Assembly: GCA_029269845.2 (NCBI GenBank)
Contig: CP149973.1
Coordinates: 2,190,001-2,222,000, forward strand
Reading direction: 5' to 3'
DNA length: 32,000 nt
Origin: Opitutia bacterium KCR 482
GTDB taxonomy: Bacteria > Verrucomicrobiota > Verrucomicrobiia > Opitutales > Intestinicryptomonadaceae
Shown: in pieces, positions 7,433-15,974 of the stretch
How the letters are laid out: each line of letters starts with the position of its first letter
Position numbering within the stretch: the first letter of the stretch is position 1
Position numbers and translations under genes: made by a program
Notes under the pieces: model-generated
Seen by the model: the letters and a program-made list of their open reading frames with translations, nothing else
Databases searched by the model: none
What the model was told of the DNA's origin: nothing

Positions 7433-7873
7433 TTGTCGCGCGCGCCGCGCAGGCTTGCGGCTTCGGGCGTGCGAGGCTATTCGGCGGACGAATTCGTGAG
7501 GGCGTCGGAGCTTCCCGAACCCTGCGTTTTCGAAACGGAGCTGTTCTACATAGCCGAATATTTTACGAATGTGGAATCCTACAAAATAATAAGCGATACT
7601 TTGAATAGGGGCGAATACGAAAGCTTTTCGTCCGAAGCATCGTGGAAAAGATTTTTCGAAATGTACAACTCTGCCGCCTCCGAAAACCGAAACGCTGCGG
7701 TCGAAATAGGCACACAAAAAAGAGCCTCCAAGCGGAGGCTCTTTTTTGTCGCGCGGGCGGTTTACAGGTCGGAGTTGCCTCTGCCCAGCCGCAGGAATCG
7801 GCAGTCGCCCTTTTTCATTTTGAGCGTGAGCGTCCGCGAGTTTCCGAGTTTGTTTCCGCTAAGGGCGTTGTAG
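7433..7873 (+). pseudogene. Coding-like ORF without a credible start or stop; possible gene remnant
   Basis: The frame has host-like codon choice and a protein-like translation (..SELPEPCVFETELFYIAEYFTNVESYKIISDTLNRGEYESFSSEASWKRFFEMYNSAASENRNAAVEIG..). However, it has only TTG or GTG starts. It reads straight through the terminator hairpin at 7716-7747 and overlaps the convergent gene by 112 nt. Confidence 0.25.
7716..7747. terminator. Bidirectional rho-independent terminator (serves the convergent GH gene and the uup side)
   Basis: A6 (7716-7721), which overlaps the first stem base, then stem agagcctcc/ggaggctct (7721-7729 and 7734-7742), loop aagc, then T6 (7742-7747). Confidence 0.85.
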
Positions 7874-10401
7874 ACCGCGCCGTCGCGCCCGAGGTCGATT
7901 TCGTATTCGCCGTCCTCTACCGCCACGACCGAGATGTACGCGCCGTTTGCGTAGACCACCGCTCCCTGCTTGTTGTAGACGTGCGCCCCCGCAAGCTCCG
8001 CCATGTGGCGGTAAAGCTCCGTGGGGATTTCGGGCACGCCGCAGAAAAGCTGCGGGTGCTTGCCGCTTTTGCGCAGGACTATTGCGGGCGAGCCGTTTTC
8101 GAATTTCGCAAGCACAAGGTCGCCGCTTTCGGGAATCGGCGAGAGCAGCGGCATTGCGTATTCCGTGCCCGTTATCGGTTTCAGCCCGATTTTTGCGCCG
8201 TCTTCGGTCGGTGTTGCCGCAGCTTTCGCGGTGATGAGCTTGACTTTGAAGCCCGTTGCCTCCTCTGTTGCGGAGGTCGAAAATTCGCGCCTGTCGGTGT
8301 CGATGTAGGCGGGAAGCCACGCCCAGATGTTCGCCGATTTCTCGCGCAGGGCGGCGCACGCGGCGCGTTGGTCGGCGTTCAGCGCGTAGACCGAAAGCAT
8401 TGCGTTGAGCTTTGCGGCTTCGGGCTTGGCGAGAACGTCGGGAAGCAGGTACTGCCCGAACGGCACGCCGGAGCGGTTTGCCGCAACCCTTCCCAACGAC
8501 ATCAGCCTGTTTGTTGTGATTCCCGCCGCGCCTTTTGCCGCCACCATGCACATGGAGGTTTCGTCCATGACGAGGCGCATTTGCGGGAGGTAGGGGAGGG
8601 GGCGGGCGATGATGTCGCGTTCGGGCTTTGCAAAGCTTTTCATTTCGCGCCAGAGATTTTTGTCGTCGAACCAGCCCTGACCGAAGAGATCCATCCACCA
8701 GACGCCGTTGTTGCGGACGGTCTCCTGCGCGAGGTTGCGGCGCAGAACTTCGCGCGAGTCTTTGCGCGTGTAAAGCCCCGAATATTTGCCGGGGTAGTCG
8801 CGTCCGTCGCGCGGGGCGAGGTATGTTGAGGTGTCGTCTTCGTCAATCCAGAGCTTGCCCGAATCCGTGATTGATTCCGTCGCGCCCATTGTCGTTTTGC
8901 CGTCGCCGAAATTTCTGTCGGCGTACGAAATCGGACCGGACACCGCGTCGATGTCGGACGACTTCAAGATTTTCGAAAGCGCGTAGTGCCCCGAAAACGC
9001 CGGACCGTTGCGCACGCCCGAAAATTCGAACCCGTAGCCGAAGAAGAAAATCGAGAGCCTGTTCGGCGCGGATTTGCGGATTACTTTTGCGAGCCCGAGG
9101 ACGGTGTCCGCCATCTCGTCTTGCAGGAAGAGATTGAGGTCGGCGAGCTTCCACTGGGTCTTTGGGTCGATGATGTAGGCGGGGGCTTCGCGCTCAGCCT
9201 GCGTTGGGAGGGGGATTTTTTCGAAGGAGTCGGGCGCGGCGCAGTTCCACGCCTTTGCGAGGTTTTCGGGCGTGCCGTACTTTTTTTTCAGCCAGACGCG
9301 CCACGCCGCGAGCGTGTTTTTGTCGTAGCCGCTGAACGAGCTGTGCCACGTTCCGCCGTAGAACCATTCACGCGAGTTTCCGCCCGCGGGGTGGTAGCCC
9401 GCCATGTTGTCGGGGTAGTGCTCCTCGCAGTATTCGATGAACTGCCGCAGCGATTCAGCCGCCTCCCTGCGGTAGGCGGGCGACGACACGGAAACGTAGG
9501 TTTCGTTGAGAGTGCCGTCGGAATTTTTCATGATGTCGTCGGGGTGCGAGTCGCGCCACCACTTGTTGATTTGGGGGTCGAGGCGCACGCGGGGAATGAG
9601 TTTCGCCTTCGGGTTTGCTTCCAGAAACACGCCGAAGGCGCTGTCGATGTATTTGAAGTCGGGCTTTTCGTTCGGCTTCGTCCAGACGCCGTTTATTTCG
9701 AACGAAACGAAATTAACGCCCGCTTTCGCCGCGTGTCTGATTGTGGAAGCGGCAATCGACGTGTCGGACTTTACGAACATGAATTTGTTGTCGTAGTAGT
9801 AGACGGAGGTCGAGAACGGGCGCGGGGCGTCGCTTTTTGCGCGGAGCTTGACCTTGTATTTTTTGCCCTTTTCGACGGGAATCGAGTTTACATACAGGTG
9901 GAAGCCTTCGAGCTTTTTGCCGCCGCCGAGCGTAAGTTTAAGGGCGCGTTCGCCGTCGTCGGCCGTCGTGTTTTCGAGCTTTACGGGCGGGTTTTCGCGG
10001 AAGCCCACGCACCAGTGCTCAATGCTTTTGTCGGTCTTGTCGGACGCCGTGTCGAGCGAGAACACGACTTTCCCGCTTTCCGACTCCGAGACCTCCCACT
10101 TCGAAAAGTAGATTTCGCCCGCGCTCTTTCCCATGCGCAGTTGGACGATTGCCGGCAGGTCGTTCGGGGCTTCGAACTCCAATTCGGTTTCCTTCCAGAC
10201 GTTCGCCTTTTTCAAAAGCGGGTGGTTGAGGGTTGCTCCGCAGCCTCCCGCAACCCAGACAATGCGGTTGCGCAGCGGCTTGCCGTTTTCCGTTATGAAG
10301 GGCGCGCCGTTGAAGCTTTCGACCTTGTATTGCGTCTGCGCGGCGCAGGCGGGTAGCGCAATTCCCGCCGCCGCAAACAAAATGTGGTAGATTTTTTTCA
10401 T
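7762..10401 (-). CDS. Secreted GH42-like glycoside hydrolase with N-terminal CBM-like beta-sandwich domains (paralog A)
   Basis: 879 aa. The signal peptide is MKKIYHILFAAAGIALPACAAQ. The CBM4/9-like segment reads ALKLTLGGGKKLEGFHLYVNSIPVEKGKKYKVKLRAKSD. The GH42-like TIM-barrel region reads SPAYRREAAESLRQFIEYCEEHYPDNMAGYHPAGGNSREWFYGG...LAAWRVWLKKKYGTPENLAKAWN. A putative nucleophile region TMGATESIT recalls the GH42 'MESTPS' motif. The family call is tentative. Confidence 0.7.
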   Translation of the reverse strand: MKKIYHILFAAAGIALPACAAQTQYKVESFNGAPFITENGKPLRNRIVWVAGGCGATLNHPLLKKANVWKETELEFEAPNDLPAIVQLRMGKSAGEIYFSKWEVSESESGKVVFSLDTASDKTDKSIEHWCVGFRENPPVKLENTTADDGERALKLTLGGGKKLEGFHLYVNSIPVEKGKKYKVKLRAKSDAPRPFSTSVYYYDNKFMFVKSDTSIAASTIRHAAKAGVNFVSFEINGVWTKPNEKPDFKYIDSAFGVFLEANPKAKLIPRVRLDPQINKWWRDSHPDDIMKNSDGTLNETYVSVSSPAYRREAAESLRQFIEYCEEHYPDNMAGYHPAGGNSREWFYGGTWHSSFSGYDKNTLAAWRVWLKKKYGTPENLAKAWNCAAPDSFEKIPLPTQAEREAPAYIIDPKTQWKLADLNLFLQDEMADTVLGLAKVIRKSAPNRLSIFFFGYGFEFSGVRNGPAFSGHYALSKILKSSDIDAVSGPISYADRNFGDGKTTMGATESITDSGKLWIDEDDTSTYLAPRDGRDYPGKYSGLYTRKDSREVLRRNLAQETVRNNGVWWMDLFGQGWFDDKNLWREMKSFAKPERDIIARPLPYLPQMRLVMDETSMCMVAAKGAAGITTNRLMSLGRVAANRSGVPFGQYLLPDVLAKPEAAKLNAMLSVYALNADQRAACAALREKSANIWAWLPAYIDTDRREFSTSATEEATGFKVKLITAKAAATPTEDGAKIGLKPITGTEYAMPLLSPIPESGDLVLAKFENGSPAIVLRKSGKHPQLFCGVPEIPTELYRHMAELAGAHVYNKQGAVVYANGAYISVVAVEDGEYEIDLGRDGAVYNALSGNKLGNSRTLTLKMKKGDCRFLRLGRGNSDL

Positions 10402-10420
10402 ATGCGTTTGTTCGATATGG

Positions 10421-13117
10421 TTATTTTTTGATGTCCGAGTTTCCGTTTCCCAAGCGTAGTAGCTTAGAGCCTCCGCGTTTCATTTCGATTGTCGCCTTTC
10501 CGTGTTCGCCGAGCTTTTTGCCCGTGAGAGCGTCGAAAACTTCGGCGTCGGAGCGCGCGTCGATTTTCACCGTTCGGGTTTCTCCGTCCGCCATTTCGGT
10601 CGGCGTAATCGAGATGTACGCGCCGTTCGCGTAGACCGCCGCGGGGGAATCGGTGTAGATTTTCGCGCCCGAAAGTTTCGCCATGTAGGCGTACATTTGA
10701 AAGGGTATTCCCGCCGTTCCGCAGAAGAGCGTTTTGCCGCGGAGCACGAGCGCGGGCTTGCCGTTTTGGTAGTTGCCGAGCACAATGTCTCCCTTTTCGA
10801 CTTTCGGCGAGAGCAGGGGATTGGGAAAGCGTTTGTTTTCGGGTATGCCGAACGACTCTCCAAGCCCGATTTTTCTGCCGGCGGCCGTTGTGATGATTTT
10901 TCCCAAGATTTGTCCGTTTTGGATATTTTCAACTTCGAACCCCGTGGTTTCCCTCACGGCGTCGGGCGAAAAATCGCCCTTGTCGAGGTCGATGTACGCG
11001 GGCGCCCAGACGAAAACGGAGGCGTTTTTCTTGGCGCGTTCCCTGATTGCCGCGCGTTTTTTTGCGTCGAGCGCGTAGGCTACGGCGTAGATGTCGAGCT
11101 TCGCGTTTGTGGGCTTTCCGAAGAGGAGGTCGTCGAGCAGGTAGTGCCCGAACGGCGCGCCGATTCTGTTGAGAGTTGCGCGCGCCCTGCCGAACTCGCG
11201 CGTCATCGTGCGCGACGTTGCGCGGGCGGCGCAGTAGAGCGCGGAGGTTTCGTCGAAAACAAGCGCGATTTCGGGGTCGTATGGCGACGGGTTTTTTATC
11301 ATATCGGTCTCCGCCTCGGCGAACGCGGTTTTGAGTTTCCAGAGCTTTGCGTCGTTGAAGAAGCCGCTGCCGCTCAAATCCATCCACCACGAGCCGATGT
11401 TTCTGACCGCCTCGTGCGCCATGTTCCGCGTGAGGACGTTGAGCGTCATTTCGCGCGTTTTTTGTTCGGGGTCGATTCCGGGGTAGCTGCCGACTTTCGG
11501 GGCGAGGTATGTGGAGGTGTCGTCCTCGTCAATCCAGAGCTTGCCCGCGCGGGTGATTGATTCCGTCGCGCCCATTGTGGATTTCCCGTCGCCGTAGTAG
11601 CGGTCGGCGTATGAAATCGGGCCGCAGAGGGCGTCGATTTTTTCGTTTTTGAGCAGTTTGCCCAGCCCGACGTGTCCCGAATACGCCGCGCCGTTGTGCA
11701 AGCCCGAAAATTCGCCCGCGTAGCCGTAGAAGAACACGCAGAGTTTGTCGGGCACTTTCTCGCGGATTACTGTTGCGAGGCAGTCAATCATGTCGAGCAT
11801 TTCGTCCTGCCAAAATTCGTTGAAGTCGGCGATTCGCCTGTCGGTTTTCGGGTTTACGAGGTAGTCGGGTTTTTCGCGCTCCGCCTTTGTGGGCACTTTT
11901 TCGGCGGCGATTTTCGCGTTCGGGTTGTTCCACGCCTTTTGGAGCGCGTCGTCGTTTGCGTATTTTCTGCCGAGCCAGCGCACCCATGCGTCCGCCGTAG
12001 ATTTGTCGTAGCCCTGCCAGCGGGGGCTATGCGAGTCTCCGTAGAACCATTCGCACGAGTTCCCTCCTCCGGGGTGGTAGCCGATTACGTTTTTGCCGTA
12101 GTTTTTTTCGGCGAAGTCGATGATTCTGCGCAGCGCGCGCTGCGAGTCCGCCCTGAATTTCGGCGACGAAATCGACGCGTGCAGGTTGCTTTTTGCGCCG
12201 TCGAAGTATGTGAGGGTAGAGTCGGGGTTGGCTTTCAGCCATTTCAGCGGCGGATAGAATCTGATGCGGATTAATATTTTTGCGTTCTCGTTGTTTTTTA
12301 CAATCGACTTCAACGCGCCGTCGAGGTTCTCGTAGTTCGAGCCGTCGTCGTCGAAAAAGTCCGCCGCCTGAACGGGGAAAGTTACAATGTCGACTCCCGC
12401 GTTCCGCGCCAGTCTTACCTGCGGCTCGACGCGCGAGAGCGGCTTGGGCGCGATTGCCTTGTATTGTCCGTCCGCCCTGTCCATAAGCGTGTACGCATAC
12501 CTAAGCGGCGCAAATTCTTTGCTTGTTTTGATTCTGAATTTTACGGTATACGCCTTGTCCGCTTCGAGTTTGATGTCTTTTACGTAGACGTGGATTTGGT
12601 TGAGCAGAGGCGTTTCTTTTGTGATTGCGACGCGCAACGCGCCGTTTTTCGCGCCGTCAGCCTGCGTGTTTTCCATTATAAACGGCAGCTGTTTCACCCT
12701 GCCTTTGCCCGAGCACCAGTAGTTTATGCGGGGGTCGGGCTTTTCGCCGTCGAATTTCAGTTCGAAGATTTTTTTGCCGCTTTCCTTTTCTGTTATTTCG
12801 AATTTCGAGAGGAAATATTCGCAAACTTGGTTTTCGGTTCTGATGTGGAAGCGGGCGTCGTCTATTGCCGTTTTTTGCGGCTCGACGTCGAACGACACGC
12901 TCCGCCACTTCGTTTCGAGCGGCTTGATTTCCGGCGGGGCGGGCGTGAAGTATGTGGGCGACACATAGAGCATTCGCGCCCTTTGCGGCTTGCCGTCGAA
13001 CGTTATGCGCGGCACGCCGCCGACGTCCTCCACTTTGTACGTTTCCACGTCTTTGCCGCATGCGGCTAGTAAAAAGGCGAGAGCCGGTATCACACACAGA
13101 TATTTTTTTATAAGCAT
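10421..13117 (-). CDS. Secreted/lipoprotein GH42-like glycoside hydrolase with N-terminal CBM-like domains (paralog B)
   Basis: 898 aa. The lipoprotein-type signal is MLIKKYLCVIPALAFLLAACG. The architecture matches paralog A, with roughly half the residues identical by eye. Shared blocks include GPISYADRxxGDGKxTMGATESITxxGKLWIDEDDTSTYLAP, SWWMDL, GYHPGGGNSCEWFYG and C-terminal LRLGNGNSD. It lies 19 nt upstream of paralog A on the same strand, so the two are a likely operon. Confidence 0.7.
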   Translation of the reverse strand: MLIKKYLCVIPALAFLLAACGKDVETYKVEDVGGVPRITFDGKPQRARMLYVSPTYFTPAPPEIKPLETKWRSVSFDVEPQKTAIDDARFHIRTENQVCEYFLSKFEITEKESGKKIFELKFDGEKPDPRINYWCSGKGRVKQLPFIMENTQADGAKNGALRVAITKETPLLNQIHVYVKDIKLEADKAYTVKFRIKTSKEFAPLRYAYTLMDRADGQYKAIAPKPLSRVEPQVRLARNAGVDIVTFPVQAADFFDDDGSNYENLDGALKSIVKNNENAKILIRIRFYPPLKWLKANPDSTLTYFDGAKSNLHASISSPKFRADSQRALRRIIDFAEKNYGKNVIGYHPGGGNSCEWFYGDSHSPRWQGYDKSTADAWVRWLGRKYANDDALQKAWNNPNAKIAAEKVPTKAEREKPDYLVNPKTDRRIADFNEFWQDEMLDMIDCLATVIREKVPDKLCVFFYGYAGEFSGLHNGAAYSGHVGLGKLLKNEKIDALCGPISYADRYYGDGKSTMGATESITRAGKLWIDEDDTSTYLAPKVGSYPGIDPEQKTREMTLNVLTRNMAHEAVRNIGSWWMDLSGSGFFNDAKLWKLKTAFAEAETDMIKNPSPYDPEIALVFDETSALYCAARATSRTMTREFGRARATLNRIGAPFGHYLLDDLLFGKPTNAKLDIYAVAYALDAKKRAAIRERAKKNASVFVWAPAYIDLDKGDFSPDAVRETTGFEVENIQNGQILGKIITTAAGRKIGLGESFGIPENKRFPNPLLSPKVEKGDIVLGNYQNGKPALVLRGKTLFCGTAGIPFQMYAYMAKLSGAKIYTDSPAAVYANGAYISITPTEMADGETRTVKIDARSDAEVFDALTGKKLGEHGKATIEMKRGGSKLLRLGNGNSDIKK

Positions 13118-13208
13118 AGCAGTTTACAAATATCGGACGCGCGTTTTTAGGTCAATCCTTTTGTATGTCTTGGAATGCGCAGGATTTCTGCTGCGCCGCC
13201 TGTGCGCG

Positions 13209-13237
13209 AAAAAACCGCCGAATCGGCGGTTTTTTTT
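13209..13237 (-). terminator. Rho-independent (bidirectional-type) terminator downstream of topB
   Basis: A6 (13209-13214), then the ccgccg..cggcgg hairpin (13215-13229), then T8 (13230-13237). It lies about 155 nt past the topB stop codon. Confidence 0.75.
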
Positions 13238-13391
13238 GCGGAGCTTTTCGCGCCCGAAATTCGCAAACTATTTTCTAAAATTTGCGAAAACTTCGGCGGA
13301 TTAAAAAACGGGCACAATGCTTATCGAAAGTTTCGCAAAGCGGGCTTCCAAAATAGCGCGGGGTTTCCCGAAAACGCGCGTCGGTGTTTTG

Positions 13392-15881
13392 CTATTTCTT
13401 CTGCTCTTTCGGTTCGGCTCTGCCCGTCCGTTTTGTGAATTCGAACGAGATGCTTCCGCGGGCGTCGAGCACGAGCGACGCCGAAAACTTCTTTTTCGTG
13501 CGCTTCGAAACGAAGTCCTCGATAACTGGGGTTTTGCCCGTGTTTGTGAGGCTTTCGATTTCCGCCCGCGTGATTGTGTGCGAAAGCATTGTCTTGCCGA
13601 GCCTGAACGAGCACTTGCGTTCCTCGCCTTTCGGGCAGCGGCAGACGTATGCGGTTTCCGTTTCCACAAGCTCTCCCGTTTTGCATTTGCAAAGCCCCAT
13701 TGCCGACTTCGGGCATTTGCCGACAACGGGCGCGTCTTCGAGGTTTTCGGGTCTGCGTTCCGTGCCGTCGGGGTTGTCGCCGAACTGGAATTTTACGGCG
13801 AAGTTTTCGTCGAGTTTAAGCGTCGCCGTGTAGGGGCGTCCCATTTTGCTCTTGAAGCCTTCGAGCGGCCCGACTTTCCCCTTTGTGACAAGCTCTCGAA
13901 CTTCCTCCTCCGAAATTTTCCTGTTGCCTATCGTCTTGTAAATTATGAACTTGCCGTCTTTTGATTTGTACGCGCGGAAAGTCTCTATAAGCTTCGAGCC
14001 GTCAATCGGGTTCGGAATATCGACTTCGTGCGATTCCACTTCCTCCTCCACGAAGTTGCGGGCTTTGTCCACAATTTGCGTCGTCATTGCGCAGATGCCG
14101 TCCATGAACGTTTTGCGCGAGAGCTGTTTGCGCTCGATAAGGCGGAGTTTTTGCTCCCACTCGCCCGTCATCGAGGGACTTGTGAGCGCGTCGATTGCGA
14201 GCGCGTCGAGGAAGCGGATAAGGCTTTCGGCGCGGGCCGTCGGGATTAGGTCGCGGCGTTCGCGTTCGACCAGTTTGTGGGCGATGAGGTTTTCTATGAT
14301 TTGCGCGCGCGTTGCGGGCGTGCCCAGCCCCTTGTCTTTCATTGCGTCGGCGAGTTCCTCGTCGTCGAGGAGCTTGCCCGCACCCTCCATTGCCGAGAGG
14401 AGCGTGGCTTCCGTGTACCGCGCCGGCGGCTTTGTGGATTCCTCTTTGAGATGCGCTTCGAGCATTTTTGCGCGTTCCTTTTCGTCGGCGAGCGGCGGCA
14501 GGATTTCCTTGTCGGACGTCTCCTTGTTGTAGACGTCGAGCCAGCCCGCCGAGCGGAGCACCTTGCCCTCGGTTTTGAAGATGTTTGAGCCTACCGCCGA
14601 AATGCGCGTCGTGACGTCGAACACGGCTTCGGGGTAGAACGCGGCGACGAACCTGCGGGCAATCATATCGTAGATTTTAGCTTCGTCGTCGGTGAGCTTT
14701 TTGCCCGAAACGTCCGTGGGCATGAGCGCGAAGTGGTCGCTGACCTGCTTGCTGTCGAAAATTCTTTTGCCCGCCTTTTTGACGTAGCCCTCGTCGACCG
14801 CCTTTTGCGCGAATCTGCGGTAGGGTTCCGCCATCGACTCCATCGTGCGGACGACAACCCCGCGGTAGTCGTCGGGGAGGGCGCGGGAGTCCGTGCGCGG
14901 GTATGTAATCATTTTGTGCTTTTCGTAGAGCGACTGCGCAATGCTGAGCGTTTTGTTTGCGGGGAATGAGTATTTGTTGTTCGCCTCGCGTTGTAGGGTT
15001 GTGAGGTCGTAGAGGCGCGGGGCGATTTGCTTTGACTGCGTTTTTTTGTCGCTCACTTTCGCCCCGCCCCCGGCGCGGACTTCGTTGAGGACTCTTTCGG
15101 CGTCGGCGTGCGACCAGATTCTGTCCGCCTTGTCGTTGGCGTCCTTGTCTTTCTGCTTGAAGTCGGGACGCTGGTAGACGCCCTCGTATTTGCCGTTTTC
15201 GATTTCGAATTCGGCGGTGATTTTCCAGTAGCGTGTGGGTTTGAAATTCTGGATTTCGTGCTCGCGCTCCACAATCATCGCGAGCGTCGGGGTCTGCACG
15301 CGCCCGACCGACGCAAGGCTCTTCCCTCGCGAGCCGTACATTCTGCTTGTGATTGCCCGCGTTCCGTTGATGCCCACAAGCCAGTCGGACTCGCTGCGGC
15401 AGCGGGCGGCGTCCTGCAAAGACTCCATTTCCTCCTGCGATTTCAGGTTCGAGAACGCCTCCAAGATGGAGGAGGGCGTCATCGACGAAACCCACAGCCT
15501 TTGGCGCGGCAGTTTGCACTTGGTGATTTCGTAGATGTACGTGAAAATGAGTTCGCCCTCGCGCCCCGCGTCGCACGCGTTGATTACACCGTCGATGTCC
15601 TTGCGGGAGAGCAGCTTTTTGAGCGCGGCGAGCTTCGCCTTCGTCTTTTCGATGGGCTTGAGCTTGAATTTTTCGGGGATAATCGGGAGGTTCGAGAGCG
15701 ACCAGCGGGCGTATTTTTTGTCGATGTCCGCGGGCATGTTGAGTTCCACCAAGTGTCCGAGCGCGGAGGCGATTACGTATTCGTCGTTTTCGTAATAATC
15801 GTCGCATTTTTTCGCCCTGCCGAGCACTCTTGCGATGTCCGCCGCAACCGACGGTTTTTCCGAAATAACAAGCTTTTTCAT
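13392..15881 (-). CDS. topB: DNA topoisomerase III (type IA) with C-terminal zinc-ribbon-like extension
   Basis: 829 aa. The Toprim N-terminus is MKKLVISEKPSVAADIARVLG...ASALGHLVEL. The active-site Tyr context is KMITYPRTDSRALP. The C-terminus is Cys-rich (GKCPKSAMGLCKCKTGELVETETAYVCRCPKGEERKCSF). Confidence 0.88.
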   Translation of the reverse strand: MKKLVISEKPSVAADIARVLGRAKKCDDYYENDEYVIASALGHLVELNMPADIDKKYARWSLSNLPIIPEKFKLKPIEKTKAKLAALKKLLSRKDIDGVINACDAGREGELIFTYIYEITKCKLPRQRLWVSSMTPSSILEAFSNLKSQEEMESLQDAARCRSESDWLVGINGTRAITSRMYGSRGKSLASVGRVQTPTLAMIVEREHEIQNFKPTRYWKITAEFEIENGKYEGVYQRPDFKQKDKDANDKADRIWSHADAERVLNEVRAGGGAKVSDKKTQSKQIAPRLYDLTTLQREANNKYSFPANKTLSIAQSLYEKHKMITYPRTDSRALPDDYRGVVVRTMESMAEPYRRFAQKAVDEGYVKKAGKRIFDSKQVSDHFALMPTDVSGKKLTDDEAKIYDMIARRFVAAFYPEAVFDVTTRISAVGSNIFKTEGKVLRSAGWLDVYNKETSDKEILPPLADEKERAKMLEAHLKEESTKPPARYTEATLLSAMEGAGKLLDDEELADAMKDKGLGTPATRAQIIENLIAHKLVERERRDLIPTARAESLIRFLDALAIDALTSPSMTGEWEQKLRLIERKQLSRKTFMDGICAMTTQIVDKARNFVEEEVESHEVDIPNPIDGSKLIETFRAYKSKDGKFIIYKTIGNRKISEEEVRELVTKGKVGPLEGFKSKMGRPYTATLKLDENFAVKFQFGDNPDGTERRPENLEDAPVVGKCPKSAMGLCKCKTGELVETETAYVCRCPKGEERKCSFRLGKTMLSHTITRAEIESLTNTGKTPVIEDFVSKRTKKKFSASLVLDARGSISFEFTKRTGRAEPKEQKK

Positions 15882-15925
15882 TCTAAAAAAACGGAAGTAT
15901 TCTAATACGGTATTTGTTTCTTCTC

Positions 15926-15958
15926 AAAAAAAATCGGCGTGCGCGCCGAAGCGCGCAC
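15926..15958 (-). terminator. Rho-independent terminator after the class-V aminotransferase gene
   Basis: Stem gtgcgcgc/gcgcgcac (15939-15946 and 15951-15958) with loop cgaa. The plus-strand A8 at 15926-15933 is a T-run on the minus strand. Confidence 0.8.
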
Positions 15959-15974
15959 ACCGCGGAAACCGAAA

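Noticed and set aside
7408-7608. 66-aa ORF whose ATG overlaps the uup stop (ATGA), which suggests translational coupling.
   Set aside because: The translation is Arg/Gly-rich and non-protein-like, and third-position G+C is lower than in the alternative frame. The neighbouring frame (7433 onward) carries the coding-like signal instead.
13259-13290. 8-bp A/T-rich inverted repeat (ttcgcaaa..tttgcgaa) in the 155-nt stretch between the topB stop and its terminator.
   Set aside because: The stem is short and weak with a 13-nt loop, which is easily produced by chance in an AT-rich spacer. There is no supporting signal.
13392-15881. Topoisomerase III as a marker of an integrative conjugative element.
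   Set aside because: No relaxase, T4SS, integrase or partition genes are nearby. The neighbours are core metabolic and glycan genes with the same composition.
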